A DNA stretch of 64,000 bases from Camelus dromedarius. Its lineage: Eukaryota. Positions 26,704 through 39,620 of this stretch are shown piece after piece. The DNA lies in NCBI RefSeq assembly GCF_036321535.1, contig NC_087436.1:8370001-8434000 (forward strand), in the 5' to 3' direction. The translations under genes were made by a program, and so were the position numbers. Position 1 is the first letter of the stretch. Each line of letters opens with the position of its first letter. Below the pieces are notes generated by a model, which was not told where the DNA came from, did not search any database, and saw only the letters and a list, made by a program, of their open reading frames with translations.

Positions 26704-27064
26704 GTCTTAGTCCATCTGGGCTACTGTAAGAGAAATACCATAGACAGGGTGGTTTATAAACCACAGAAATTTATCTCTCACAGTTCTGGAGGCGAGGAAG
26801 TCCAAGATCATGGCACTGGAAAATTCAGTGTCTCTGAGAGCCCTCTTCCGGGTTTGCAGAGGGCCGTGTCTTGCTGGGTCCTCACTGGTGGGAGGGGCAA
26901 AGGAGGTTTTGGGGGTCTCTTTTATAGGGGCTCCAATCTTATTCCTGAGGCCTCCACTTTCATGGCCCAATCCCCTCCCCCAAATCCTACCTCCAAATAC
27001 CATCACACTGGGGATTAGACCTCAACATACGAATGGGGGGGGGGCTAACAGTCAGTCAAAACCA
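26704..27064 (-). mobile_element. MaLR LTR (MLT1A/B-like)
   Basis: 'tgtcttagtccatctgggct...cagaaatttatctctcacagttctggagg...gaagtccaagatca...caaataccatcacactggggattag' are hallmark MLT1 motifs. Confidence 0.88.
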
Positions 27065-28639
27065 CCAAGAGGTTAAAATTCATTATTTCTTGGACTGTAT
27101 TGACACACAAAATATTAAAAATGACCTCAATCATTGAATCAACACTGCTGTATCTGACATAACATCATTGTCCAGTGTTTTGCACTCTTTTGCTCATTGC
27201 CACTACTCTACAGAGACTAAAATTTTTAGACTTTTATTTCCTAATTGTCTAGCTTGCACCATGAAATTCGAATATCACAGATATACTGACTTTATGTCCT
27301 ATGACTCTTCGGAAACCCACAAACCATTGTGACGTCCAAGATACGTCAGCCCCAAAGACCCCACTTTTGTATCCTTGAAGGCGATATGCCTCCCTTTGAG
27401 AATGCATGGTTTAAATGATTCCTTTGTTAAGGTGCAAATCACATGGTTCTCTATAATACTGCTTATAGGAAAACAAAGTCTCTGCCAATTAATTTATATG
27501 TGTATTATATATACCCCATTAGTTTCACCAATTTAAAATGCCATCTTAGTTTACTAGGGTCAGGCAGGAGGAAGTGGGAAGGCAGGTTTTGCGGGAGGTG
27601 GCAGAGTTTCAGATCACCCTTGGGTAGGACATAATTTTGTATGTTGACGCCTAGAAAATGTTATCAAAATGAGCCTACGTATAATTGACAGTGACCATAA
27701 TAAAAGTCGTTAAAGGGCCTCCAGAAATATTGAGGGAAATAATTAATCCCTTAAAAAGCAGCTTTGTGCATTCATTATCCTCATTCACAGCTGCTTCATT
27801 ATATATGTCTTTTTATATGATGCTGAAGAAAAACAGATCATTTTCTCTTCGCCCTGGAAAGTCCCACAGCACGTCAATAATTTTCCTCCGAGTTCTTAAT
27901 GAGAGGCTTTAAATTTCAGTAAAGAATGTGCTTCCATTGGGGAACTCATGAAGAGTTTGTGGCGATTCATTCGCAGACAATATTTTGTGGCACCATTATG
28001 CTAAAATCTTCACTAAGTAATTTCATTCAAATAATTCAATAAGAAAACACCTCTGTAAACAATGTTCTGGATCCTTGTAGCATCAATTAATTGACAGCAG
28101 TCTTTCTTTCCATCTTGCTACCCTAGTATGTTCTTAAATCCATGATGCTGTTTTTAAAAATTTCACTGTATCAATGCTTCGGTCAGAACAAGTTAAACTG
28201 ACAAGCCTATTTATGTCATTTTAAATTATATTATGATATACATTTACCTTTTTAACATACAGTTTAACACTTTTTATTTGTAGTACTTTGCCTCCGTTGA
28301 AGTCTGGTTTGCAGGTGAAATGAAAATTTCAGGACTGATTCTAAATAGCTTGGTTTAAAAAATGCATGAAATAGTAGGAATTTTAATTAAAGCAATTGTT
28401 TTATTATTAAATTTTTTAGGTGATTGTCTAAATTTTGTCTTTCCTTTATATGTATAAAGTATGTTAGAGTAACATAAGAGAAAATCCATAATTTAATATT
28501 AGGCCCTTTAAAAAAAGATATGATTTTAAATAATAATATTTAACAATAAATGTTTTACAATACAAATTTTACAATAAAATTCAAACCCTGAGCCTTTGAT
28601 AATATGTTTAGTTTTTAAATGTAAATACATGGAAGTTCA

Positions 28640-28815
28640 AGCAGGTGGACCCTGGACATACTACTAAGGACATGGACTCTGAAGTCAAATTGCTAAATTT
28701 GAACCTGAGCTCAGACATCCACTATCTGGATGATCGGTGGCCAATAATAATTAGTCACCAATTATTTATTCACTTTATCTCTCTTTCCTACTTCGTGCAA
28801 GAGAGATACTAATAG
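28640..28815 (+). mobile_element. MIR fragment
   Basis: 'aaggacatggactctgaagtcaaattgctaaatttgaacctgagctc' resembles the MIR tRNA head. Confidence 0.5.
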
Positions 28816-28824
28816 TGTCTAGAG

Positions 28825-29100
28825 AGAAAGAAACCAGACACAAAAGAGGTTAAATCTTATTATTCGATTTATATGACATTTTAGAGCAGACCACACTAAC
28901 CTGTGATAGAATTCAGCACAGATAACTCTAGTAATCGGGAGTGAGTGGAAAAGATGGTAGGTTTCTGGAGTGAGGGATTGTTCTGTAGGTACCACGATGA
29001 GGTGTACGTTATATGGATGTATGCATTTGTCAAAAGTCACCAAAGTTTGTCCTAATATCTCTCTAAATTACATTATATGTAAATAATACCTCAATATTTT
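28825..29100 (+). mobile_element. Old LINE-1 3' end (L1MC/ME-like)
   Basis: 'aaagaaaccagacacaaaagag...ttcgatttatatgacatttt...gcatttgtcaaaagtcac...tatgtaaataatacctcaat'. Confidence 0.65.
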
Positions 29101-29587
29101 GCAAAAATATGATGATGGTAAACAAAGATATTCAATATAAATCCAATCAAGTGTAGAGTGTATCATAATAGTCAAACCACCTTTGACTTTCCTGGAGTCA
29201 GCGCTTGGTGTGGCCCAGCCTGGCTGTGGGAATACTGGCAGTCACTAGCTTTGAGACCAGCCTTCCTTCCCTTACTCCACAAACATTTCTGCACGCCTTC
29301 ATGTGCAGAGGCATCAGGGTTGGACAAGATAGAACCCCTGCCTTTAAGGAGTTGGAAGTGGAACTGATGGTGGCATTTCTTAATTGCCTTCTCATCTGCA
29401 GGAGAGCCTGACACCTGGAAGAACTCTTCAAGCTTCAGCGAAGCGGGAGAATTCGTTGGTCCTGAAAAAAAAACACAGCGCTAACTGGACTTCAGGTACC
29501 CTGGGACCTAGAGACTAAAAAAGGTGGTATTTGACTCATAGCTTCCTCTGTCCATCTATCAGAGCTACTTTTCTTTGCACGTTCTTT

Positions 29588-29722
29588 TACTTTTTTTGGT
29601 GGTGGGAGGGGATGTAATTAGATTTGTTCTGTTTTGTTTTCATGGAGGTACTGGGGATTGAACTCAGGACCTTGTGCATACTAGGCTAGGCACACATTCT
29701 ACCACTGAGCCATACCCTCTTC
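29588..29722 (-). mobile_element. tRNA-derived SINE
   Basis: 'ggaggtactggggattgaactcaggaccttgtgcatact...taccactgagccataccc'. Confidence 0.88.
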
Positions 29723-29727
29723 CACGA

Positions 29728-29870
29728 TTTTTTTTTTTTTTGAGAGGAGATATTTAGTATTGATTTCTATATTTATTTATTTAATGGAGTTACTGGGGAT
29801 TGAACCTAGGACGTACCTCGTGTATGCTGAGCATGTGGCTCTACCACTGATCTGTCCCCTGACCCCCTCC
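29728..29870 (-). mobile_element. tRNA-derived SINE (tandem with previous copy)
   Basis: Poly-T, then 'ggagttactggggattgaacctagga...gctctaccactgatct'. Confidence 0.85.
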
Positions 29871-31789
29871 CATCCCAGCACTACCCCCAACCTTGCACAT
29901 GCTTTCTTTCAGATTCCTTCATGAGGCCACTTACCGACACACAAGTGTTATCTTAGGAAAGAAAAACTTTCCCATGAGACACATGTTTTGACATATGGAT
30001 TTCCAACATCAAGAAAGTTGATGATGGGGACGCTGATGACACCAAACATTACACCAAAACAACTGGCACCTGCCTCACTCCACAGGGAGGCAACGGAGTG
30101 CGGAAGCCGACACCATGCTGCCTGGAGGCTGGGTCCAAAAGCAAGTTTTGTGATTTATCTACTTAAGATCCTGCTGCTTCAGTTTCATTATTTTTAAAAT
30201 GTGTATTATTATGCTATTTACCTTCTACTTAGAAAAACAAGATCATAAAAGAGCATTTTAGATGATAACTGTCACTACATAAATGTTTGTGTAATGAAAA
30301 AATCTAAACCCCACAGGATCGTAGTTAATTAGAATTATTATTTTCATGTCTGTCTTTGCACGAATAGCCAGAAACTAGAGAAAGAAAAGCCTCAGAAATC
30401 CGTGACATTGAAATTACGTTTCTGAAGAGCAGTCACACTAAATAGACCTTCATTCAAGATCTGTTGTTTCTTTGCAGTTTATTTTTGAATAACATAACCA
30501 GTACGATGCATTATCCCCTAAACATTCCGGTTTTGGAAATATTATCAGCTCTATATAGACAAGATTGCAGTGTGTGAGAACCGCTATGAAACCACAGATA
30601 TAAAAGAGATAAAGGCTTGGTTTGTTCCAGGAGAAAGTTGATTTCAATCAAAATGACAGTGTTTAAATGTAGCATCTCATAAATGTCAAGCTATGTTTTA
30701 GCTAAAATTTGTTAAATCTGAGTTCTTACCAGGGTTATAAAATACTTAGAGATCACAGGAGTCTTTTTTATTCCTCTGCAGAATATGGTTGTATTTCCAG
30801 AGCAATTTGGAAACCTAGGGACCTCAGGAAAGTCCATTCTCTCTGGTCTCTTTACAGAGTTGTGTAGAAATAGTTGGTCACTGTGATATTTGGTTTTATG
30901 TTTTAACAGCAATGGTGAAAACATATGTATCCCAAATGACTTGTTGGATTACATCTTGATAAAAAGCAAGCGTGATTTGCCACCAACCTTCATGCTACAG
31001 GTAATTTCCTTTGGGTCTTTAGAGAGTCTAGCAATTTTACACTTTTCACTTGAGGGAGCCACTTCTGGTGTTAGAATAAAACAAAAATAAAACACCAACC
31101 AAAAAAAGTCCACATCTGATTTTTCAAACTTACATACATCCAAAGACTTGCTCTGGTCAAACACAGAACAGCTGTAAAATTTAAATGAAGGACCAGAATC
31201 AAATAGCTCCTAATTGCCTGTTTTTTCATTTGCTGCAATTGGTAATGCACCACTATGCATGTAAAAATTAGTGACACTGTTGCACGCTACAAAGATGCCG
31301 TGTGTTAATAAAGATCATGAAAGCTTGTTAATATTGGCTTCCAGAAATATATTAAACAAATAAAAGCACGTTTCTTTGTGAGTGAATTTTAAATACATAC
31401 CATTCTTCTCATTTTCCACTTGATTTTGGTTTGTTAATATGCAAAGAATCAAAAATAAGGAGGTTTACTTTGAAGCACTGTAAAATATATGACATTATTT
31501 AGGATAAAAAAAAAATCATTGCCACCACTGTTGAACAAATATGCTTTCTTGACCCTCAGAGGTTCTTGCAGGTTTCTAACCATGGTGACCATTGGGAGAG
31601 AATCCTTTCAGTTCAGATATGACCATCCCCTGGCCAGTCAAAGATGGAAAGTAACCTTAAACCAAGGATCGGTCTCCATGCAGAAGAAATAATTGAGGCT
31701 TGAAATCAATGCTATTAATTCATACATCTTTGTGTGTATATACAAAACCAGTGATTAAAAGAATGTTTATTTGTGTCTAAAATGTACTC

Positions 31790-31960
31790 AGTAAAGTGTT
31801 TGCTATCATTACTTTCTTATTATTTGGCTTAATCTTCACTGCAAACAATGTGTACATTGTTATCTTTATTACACAAATGAAGGACAGTGAAGTCCAGAAA
31901 TGAGAATAATAAAGTTATGCAGCTGTAAGGGATTTGAACCTGAATCTTTAAAGCCTGTTG
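31790..31960 (-). mobile_element. MIR fragment
   Basis: 'ttaatcttcactgcaaac...ttattacacaaatgaaggacagtgaagtccaga...gggatttgaacctg'. Confidence 0.55.
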
Positions 31961-34592
31961 ATTTCTCATTGGATCACACTTTTGCCTATTTCTTATTTTC
32001 TGCTTTCTATTCAGCAATGATTGAACGATTGTTCAGCCACACCACTTATAGCTCATTGTGTAGAAAAGGTTCAGACTGCTCACATAAAGCACATTAAGCT
32101 TACAATTTCAGTGCACATCACAATAAAATTATCCTGTTACAGTTCCTCTATCTACTGGGCACAGTATAGGAATAAAAAGTATTATCCATTCTTAATTTTT
32201 AGAATACACTGAAAAATAGGTATTTTTTCATTTTATTTTACAATGAGGATCTCAGAAGGCAAGTGATTTGTTTATAATAGACAACCAATTTGTAGAATAT
32301 CTATTACTTGAAACCATGTCTATCATATTCTAAAATTTATCATATAATCATAAAGCAATATTGTCCCCCATGTGGGTCTAGCAAGGTTGGATTTATATTT
32401 TCAGAATTGCTCCTGCCGACATGAACTGTCACATTCACTTCTGAGCAAAATTGTACCAGGTGACACAGCATACAGTTTTAACTCCCAGCTTTCATGGCTT
32501 CAATAGAAATATTAAATAGGTGGCAAGTTTAAAAGACCAACTGTCTCCTTCTCTTGATGTCATCAGAAGCAATCACAGTGCTAAAACTGTTGCAGTATTC
32601 TGATCGCTTTGGAGGGAACCAGCCCTAAGGACTGAGGTAAGGAGCATGAAATGCTGGACTTGCCCAGCTTCAGAGAAGTATTATTTTTATATAAAAAAGC
32701 AAAATCTAGGCTTATATTTTGGAATACAACTACATACAAAGAATAGGGCAAGGATTCCAGTCCATATATAGCCTTGTGAATTTGGGATTCAAATCCCAAC
32801 TCTTCACTGGATATCAAAGATTTCAGATCAATGATGTGGACAATGTTTCCTTCCAGCTATTAGTTCTTGCATTTGGGAATCCAGTGGGTGAGAGTGGAAA
32901 TTATCAGTTCCAGCTAAGTACTTCATGTTTGCAATCAAGTGAGAGCTGCACTCCACAAAGCTGGGAGTGTTGAGCGTTGAGGACTGCCTCTTTGGTAGCA
33001 CATTCCCACTTCCCTGCCTTACTCTTCACAGCTATGCTTCCTGGGGACTTGTCAATGGCTAACTCTATGGTGGAAACACATGGGAGCCAATGGACCTGGA
33101 AGGATAGATAAGGAATCTAGATGAGACAAAGGAGAGTTTCCAGAATGTCTTTATTGTGGAGTAATCTCCTTGGGAACTTACCAATAGCTAATTCTGTAGA
33201 AAAGAGATTCAGGAAAGCTAGAGAAACAGAGCTAATGTCCAAAATAGATGTAGAATTTTTAGAAGAAGGAGGCATGTTGAACATTGTAGCAGAATAGATA
33301 GTTTTGGGAGTAACCAAATTGCAGATTAGAAAGAGTAATCACCTGAAGAGGACAGACTCTCAGAGATCAAAACTTAATTCTCATTCCAAACATCTGCCAT
33401 ACAAAGTTCCTTGGCCTGGACTGCTGTTCTATTAGCTTATCGTGAACGTGTCAAAACAGCAGTTGAAACTGCTTATTGTGACCTTTTCTGATGGCTTCAA
33501 AAGAATAATCACTGCAAACAAAAAATGCTGGTAGAAAAGTTCACCAAAGAAGGGCAGTCAATGCCCAGGTTCCCTACCCTGACAAAACAAGAAAACTAGG
33601 TGTCTGGGAGGGTGGAGACCTTGAGGAACAGTGCTCTGCTCTCTCTCTCTCTATTTTTATAATTGCTTTGAACTAATTATGCAGAAGGATGGTTTCCATT
33701 GCTTAGATGATGGACAACTGAATGGACACACCTTGGGCAATGATTTCATTTCAGACGGTTCCAGAGCTACTCTCTTATGTTTCTAGAGATCACTTATGGT
33801 GATAGAATGCTGTCTGTTGGGTATGAAAGACAGTTAATAGTTAATGAAGAACAAAAGCCCAATTGAATGGTCATGAACACTGCCAACCCCAGGAAGTGGA
33901 TGGAGGGTATAATGTCTTCCTCTCTCTCTTGTCCTATCCTTGATTCAGTTAATTATATCTCCTGATATAAAGGAATTATATTTGAGTATTCCTTAAGAAT
34001 TGACTGGGGAAGTAGGAACAGAATTTTCTGCAAGACTAATGACCACGACAATTCTCTTTGCATTGCTCAGTAACCAGTCGGCTTGTCCTGTTACCAGGCA
34101 TTAGGAGAATCTGTGAAAAGTCTCAATGTCCTTCCAGGTTTTCCAGTGATGTCAGCACAACGACTGAGCAGCTGGTACCCAAGATCAGACTGTTATTTTA
34201 CCATTTTAAAGGACATTCAAATACTTTCTGCATAAAAATGTAGAACATATTTTGGGAAAATGACTTTCCTAGAGTACAGTGTTATTTCTAGCTGTGTCTG
34301 GCCCAAACATTCCTCTCCAAAGGATGCCAGGAAAATAGGGAACCATTTTCTTTATCCTGTTAGTAACTTTCATCCTACAATTCTGTTTCCGAGTAGGATC
34401 CCTGAGAGTGCAGTCTGAGCCCTTCCCTCAGCATGTGATAATAAGTCATCGTCTAAATTACACCAAAATCACAATGAATTTCTCTTAGTTTCTCAACTCA
34501 GTACTAGACTCTAAGAAGATGGAGGAGAATAATGTGAACAGTATAATATAATCTCTCACACATTTTTGCATGCGCTTTGACCTTAGTAAAGT

Positions 34593-34763
34593 AATATATA
34601 TACACACATATATGTGTGTATATAGATAGATACATACATACATAATTATATATAGATGTAGATATATTTCCTAGGCCAGTGAGTAAAATGGAAAATATGT
34701 ATATATGTGTGTGTGTGTATGTATATGTGTGTGTGGGTATGTGTGTGTATATATATATATGTG
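34593..34763. repeat. Degenerate (TA)/(CA)/(TG) microsatellite cluster
   Basis: Directly visible alternating purine-pyrimidine tracts. Confidence 0.8.
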
Positions 34764-35343
34764 GCTTTGTGGCTTTGAACCTATAAACACCCACAAATGT
34801 GGACCTTACAGATTCTCTCAGTCAGTGAAATTTTATGCTCTAAATTAACTCATATTTAAACCATACTACCATATTAATAGATGTATATACCAATTCATAG
34901 AACATTACTTAATAGAAATTACTCAAATTTCTAATAGTAAATTGCCTATACTAGCAACTTCACCATGATTTCCACAGCAGCTTCCCAAATCCTAGAAGTT
35001 CTGGTCTTGACTCACACAGCCAGGCAGAAACACTAAAATAATCCTAAATACTGACTTTCTTTTCATCAACCAGAAAAAAATCCAAATTATTAAGCTAATG
35101 TGTGTTCTTGAAGTTGTGGAGAGAGAATGACCAGATTACTCCTTTTTATAAGGGAAATACTTTAGATTTCTGAACTTATTGACAGACATAGGCTTAATCA
35201 ATAGGCTTATATTATACTAAGTTCCAAAATCTAAGATAAATGCCTGGAGAAAAACCTGATATATCTGAGGGGACAAGTGTCTTAACCTTGATACCAAATT
35301 ATTTCTAAAGCAGCATATAGAAAATAATTCAAGCAGAATTATA

Positions 35344-35798
35344 CCCCTCCCCACCCCCTTTGCCCCTCAGTAACCATAAGTTTGTTTTCTATGTTTGTGA
35401 GTCTGTTTCTGTTTGTAAATATGTTCATTTGTGTCTTTTTTTTTTTTTTTCTAATTCCACATATGGTATTTTCCTTTCTCTTTCTGGCTTACTTCATTTA
35501 GAATGACGATTTCCAGGTCCATCCATATTGCTGCAAATGGCATTATTTTATTCTTTTTTATGGAAGGGATAAATTGGAAATTGGAGATTTGCAGGTACCA
35601 ACTGCTACATGTAAAATAGATAAACAACAGGTTTCTACTGTATAGCACAGGGAACTATATTTTATATCTTGTAGTAACCTATAATGAAAAGGAATATGAA
35701 AATGAATATATGTATATATATGCATGACTGCAACATTACACTGTACACCAGAAATTGACACAACATTGTAAACTGGCTATACTTCAGTTTGAAAAAAA
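35344..35798 (+). mobile_element. LINE-1 3' end with 5' inversion (twin priming)
   Basis: Antisense L1 segment 35344 to about 35561 joined to a sense 3' segment from about 35562 to 35798. TSD aagcagaattata/aaacagagttata. Confidence 0.85.
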
Positions 35799-36724
35799 CA
35801 GAGTTATATTATATATTCTGAATCTATGAAAGATTACTAAAAGATATTTAATTCAAAATCCATATCAACATTTTCCAAAATTTCCCTTTCTATCCAATTT
35901 TCTTGACACATGTCTTCTGAAGCTTCTCATATATCTAAATCCCAACTCGACAATTTCCATCTCATCTCATAAGAGTGTTTTTCCTCTTTCTGCCTCCACC
36001 CTCTTTCATGAGCCTTTTCTTAAATTGAGCAACCTAGTCTCTTTTCCATTAATTAAAGTAAATTTTATTCAGAATACCACACAGTGATGAAAAATGATCA
36101 GACTGATACAGTAATTTCAGAGGTCAGTAATAAGAGATACAACACTCAGTGTGCACATGCAATTTTTTTCAATGCCCACATATTTTTGTCACCTGATAAC
36201 TGTCTGACACTAAGGATGGAAGGTGAGAGACTACAAGCCTAAGACGATGGATCATGTGGAAAGACCAGCACAGCACTAACCTCTTCATATCAGCATTTTC
36301 CTGTTTCTGCCATGAATTACATGAATGTCCATGGCTATCTTGAGAGAGAGATTTATTTTCCTTCCATAAATGATATGTTTTTTATTACCCATGATGCAGT
36401 TCCCCATGAAGTTTTACCTTGAAAAGCAAGAAGCATCTTTTCTCTCTACATATTTTCAGTAAATGCAAGTGAAAAATGGAAGAGACCATAGACAAACGTT
36501 CACAGTGTTAAAATAACTTTTGTTAATTAAAATAAAATAGAGTGGGTTTAAAATTTTTAAGGAGAAAGCATTCCTACATTATTTGTTGAGATTGTGGGCA
36601 AAGCTGCCTGGAAATAGGATTCAGTCTATTATCTGTCTTTATCTAAGGTTAATGGCGTATTAAGTGTCAAGAAAGGTCATGTTCACAGATGTGGTTTCCA
36701 CTGGTATCCATGAATGGTACTGGG

Positions 36725-38016
36725 ATTTAAACAGAAACTTGCTTGCACCCAAACAGCTAATCAAAAGGCAAACTATAACTGTACAAATTATAACTGTGTG
36801 TGTAGATAACCGTAATGCTAAGTTCATTGGTTGGGCCAACTGGGGATTCATTCTTTTTTTTTTTCTCTTTTTCTTTTTTTTTCCTTTTTTTCTTTTAATA
36901 TTTAAAAAAAATTTTGTTTTGGAGGGGAGGCAATTAGGTTTATCTACTTATGTAATTCTTTTAATGGAAGTACTGGGGATTGAACCCAGGACCTTGTGCC
37001 TGCTAAGCATAGCCTCTGCCACTGAGCTGTACCCTCCCCCCTGGGGATTCATTCTTAACACTACATTGGGTCTGTTTGCATCTCCCTTTTGGAAGACTTT
37101 AAATTCACCTCCTTGGAAGATCCCCAGAAATTTCCAATTCATAGTGTTTGTTGTCACTCACTCCATTCCTCAGAAATGAGACTTGACTACACACGTGTAT
37201 TTTACATCTGCTTAACAGGATTTTAAATAGCTCTAACATGGTTGCCAACACAAAAAATTTCAATATTTTATGAAACTTCAAAATATCTTTTTATTTCTCA
37301 TTTTACATCATAGTCCAGTGTTGTAACTGTCAGTTTACTCCATGATTATTTTTGCCATTCATATCATCTATTTATTGCCTTTATCTTGCCTTACAAAATG
37401 TTTGGGACAAGTAAAAGTAGAAGTTTTACATCCACTTCCTATCTCCTTCCTTGTGTTTTCTTCATCAATATTCACTGAAACCAGTGTTGAAACCAAAGTG
37501 TTTGTCCTATTCATCCATGTCATACTCTTCTGATAGTATTATAACCACAATTTCAACATCTAAACTCTTTGATTATATCATCTAAACACAGTGTGTCACC
37601 AACATCATATCTAGTCACTAAAAAGCTTTGTGATGCTTGAAGTCCAAAAAAAAAAAAATAAATAAATAAGGGTAAAATTTAAACACTCCAAAATTTTCAA
37701 AATTTTGAGCATGAGGAGGAAAAATAATTGATAAAAAAAAAAAAGCTAAGATTGTAAAATAAAATCTTATTTTTATAAAATAAAATCTCCTGCACATATA
37801 TATGAATGCAGTTCAAGAAAATTTAACATTGACATTCTACAGAGGCCATCATTTTTGGCAAATGTCAAATTTACCCGTGTCTAAATTTAGTCATTTTTTA
37901 AGGGTCATAAATTTCAGTCATCTTAGCATAGAGGCACAACGATGGACTTTTTGAAAGTACAGTTATAGTTTGCCTTTTGATTAGCTGTTTGGGTGCAAAC
38001 AAGTTTCTGTTTAAAT
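36725..38016. repeat. 60-bp inverted repeat pair (arms 36725-36784 and 37957-38016)
   Basis: The arms are reverse complements at 59 of 60 positions, read directly from the sequence. Confidence 0.95.
36856..37040 (-). mobile_element. tRNA-derived SINE, full length
   Basis: Perfect 16-bp TSD ctggggattcattctt (36840-36855 and 37041-37056), T-rich tail, antisense A/B boxes. Confidence 0.93.
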
Positions 38017-38689
38017 AGGAAAGATCTAAATGCTATTATTCTTAGATTTCTCATTATTTTAATTAAAGAAATCATGATACGTTTTCCCAAAGGTTAATTT
38101 GCTTTAGAATTTGTAGGTCAATCCTTTGTTATAGATTATTCCATTTTCCCCAGAGTAGAAGTAATCAAAGAAAGGCTGGAGATTTATAGTTTCAATTAGT
38201 TAATATGTAAGTCTACTTATTGGAGCTTATAGAACAAAGATACAACTTTTAGTTATTTAGACTAGCTTGACTGGAAAACTGATTGAATCTCTGTGTATGT
38301 TTTATAATAATCTCTCCTGAAGTCGAATAGTTATTCAAACCCACCCCTTATCTCTAATTTACTCTACAGTTTGTGATCCACAGATGTTATCTCACAAGGA
38401 TTAAAGTTCCCAACTCCCACCCACCTTCCATCTAATAATATAACTTGCTTCGCACCTAATAGAAAAACCTGAGTTTTGCACACATCCTGATCTCTTCTCA
38501 GTATCGCAGTAAACACACAGGTACCATTTGTAAAATTAGCATGAGATCATATCTCATCTCTGATCCGGGCTTTGGCCATATGAATGTGATTTTAACTTCT
38601 AACATGTTCAAGCTCTTGTAAAGTGTTCCTTCCTTTATATCTTTAAATATCTCAAGTTGCTCAATATTTTTTAAATGATTAACTTGCGT

Positions 38690-39040
38690 ATCTCCTAGTA
38701 ACTAGTTGATCTCATTAAAACTCCTTGAAATGAGGTTTCATCAGAACGTTCATGTGTTCCTTATTTTTTACTCTTCTATTTGACTTCCACCCTTATATTA
38801 CTTTATACACAGGTGTCCTGAAGTTTACAAAAAAAAAATATCCAATCTTTTGCATTGTTCTTTTCCCTAATTCTTCTGAAGCATTTGGTGCCACCGGTCA
38901 CCTATTACTTATAAATTTCTCTTTCCTCCTCTTAAGAGATCATGCATCTTTGGTACTCCTGATATATTTATAAATTTCTCCTGTGCGTCAGTTTCTTTCT
39001 TTCTTTTTGCTACTCTCTGGATCTTAGTGTCCCTAAAGTC
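38690..39040 (+). mobile_element. LINE-2 internal fragment
   Basis: 'gacttccacccttat...tctgaagcatttggtgccaccggtcacc...tttggtactcctgat' resembles a degenerate L2 RT region. Confidence 0.45.
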
Positions 39041-39256
39041 TGAGCTGCTTTGTGTTAAAATTAGTCTTCAAAACTCCAGTTAAGTGTTTGTAACTTAAAT
39101 TTACAAACTGATATTGATTAAATCTACTGCTATGACTTAAGTTTAAGTTTATTTCTCCTTTACCTCCATGTGCCCAGAACTGAGAAATGTGAAGCATTCA
39201 AATCTAAATGGCTCACTGAGTACTTAGTGATGATTCAGAAGAATAAAATTAGATCA

Positions 39257-39620
39257 CTATATAGAAAATAAACAGCAAGGTCCTACTGTACAGCACAGGG
39301 AACTATATTCAATACCCTGTAATAGCCTATAATGAAAAAAATATGCAAAAGAATGTATATATGTATGGCTGAAGTATTGTGCTGTGTCACCAGAAATTAA
39401 TAAAACATTGTAAATGGACTATACTTCAATAAAAAAATAAATAAAAATAGAATCTATTGAGTTAATAATGTTAAGAATCTGTAAACAATTTATTTTAATA
39501 TTAGTTTTGTGAAAGTTAATAAACTAACACGTTTATTTCTAAAGTATAAATTAATATGTATAGGGAATGAATAAAATAATAAATGGAATAATAAACGAAA
39601 ACATTTATAACCTTCAAAAA
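39257..39620 (+). mobile_element. 5'-truncated LINE-1 with ~170-bp 3' transduction
   Basis: Perfect 18-bp TSD aagaataaaattagatca (39239-39256 and 39621-39638) encloses an L1 3' end, non-L1 sequence and a second A-tail. Confidence 0.85.

Noticed and set aside
36664..37179. Longest ORF in the window (171 aa); likewise 56285-56782, 52133-52579 and 41666-42085
   Set aside because: They run through SINE poly-T, antisense L1 or microsatellites and give low-complexity F/C/V-rich peptides, so they are chance ORFs.
37330..37620. Possible decayed transposase between the 60-bp inverted repeats (minus strand, acidic-looking codons)
   Set aside because: Frequent stops and no catalytic motif I can identify; it cannot be supported without a tBLASTN/HMM search.
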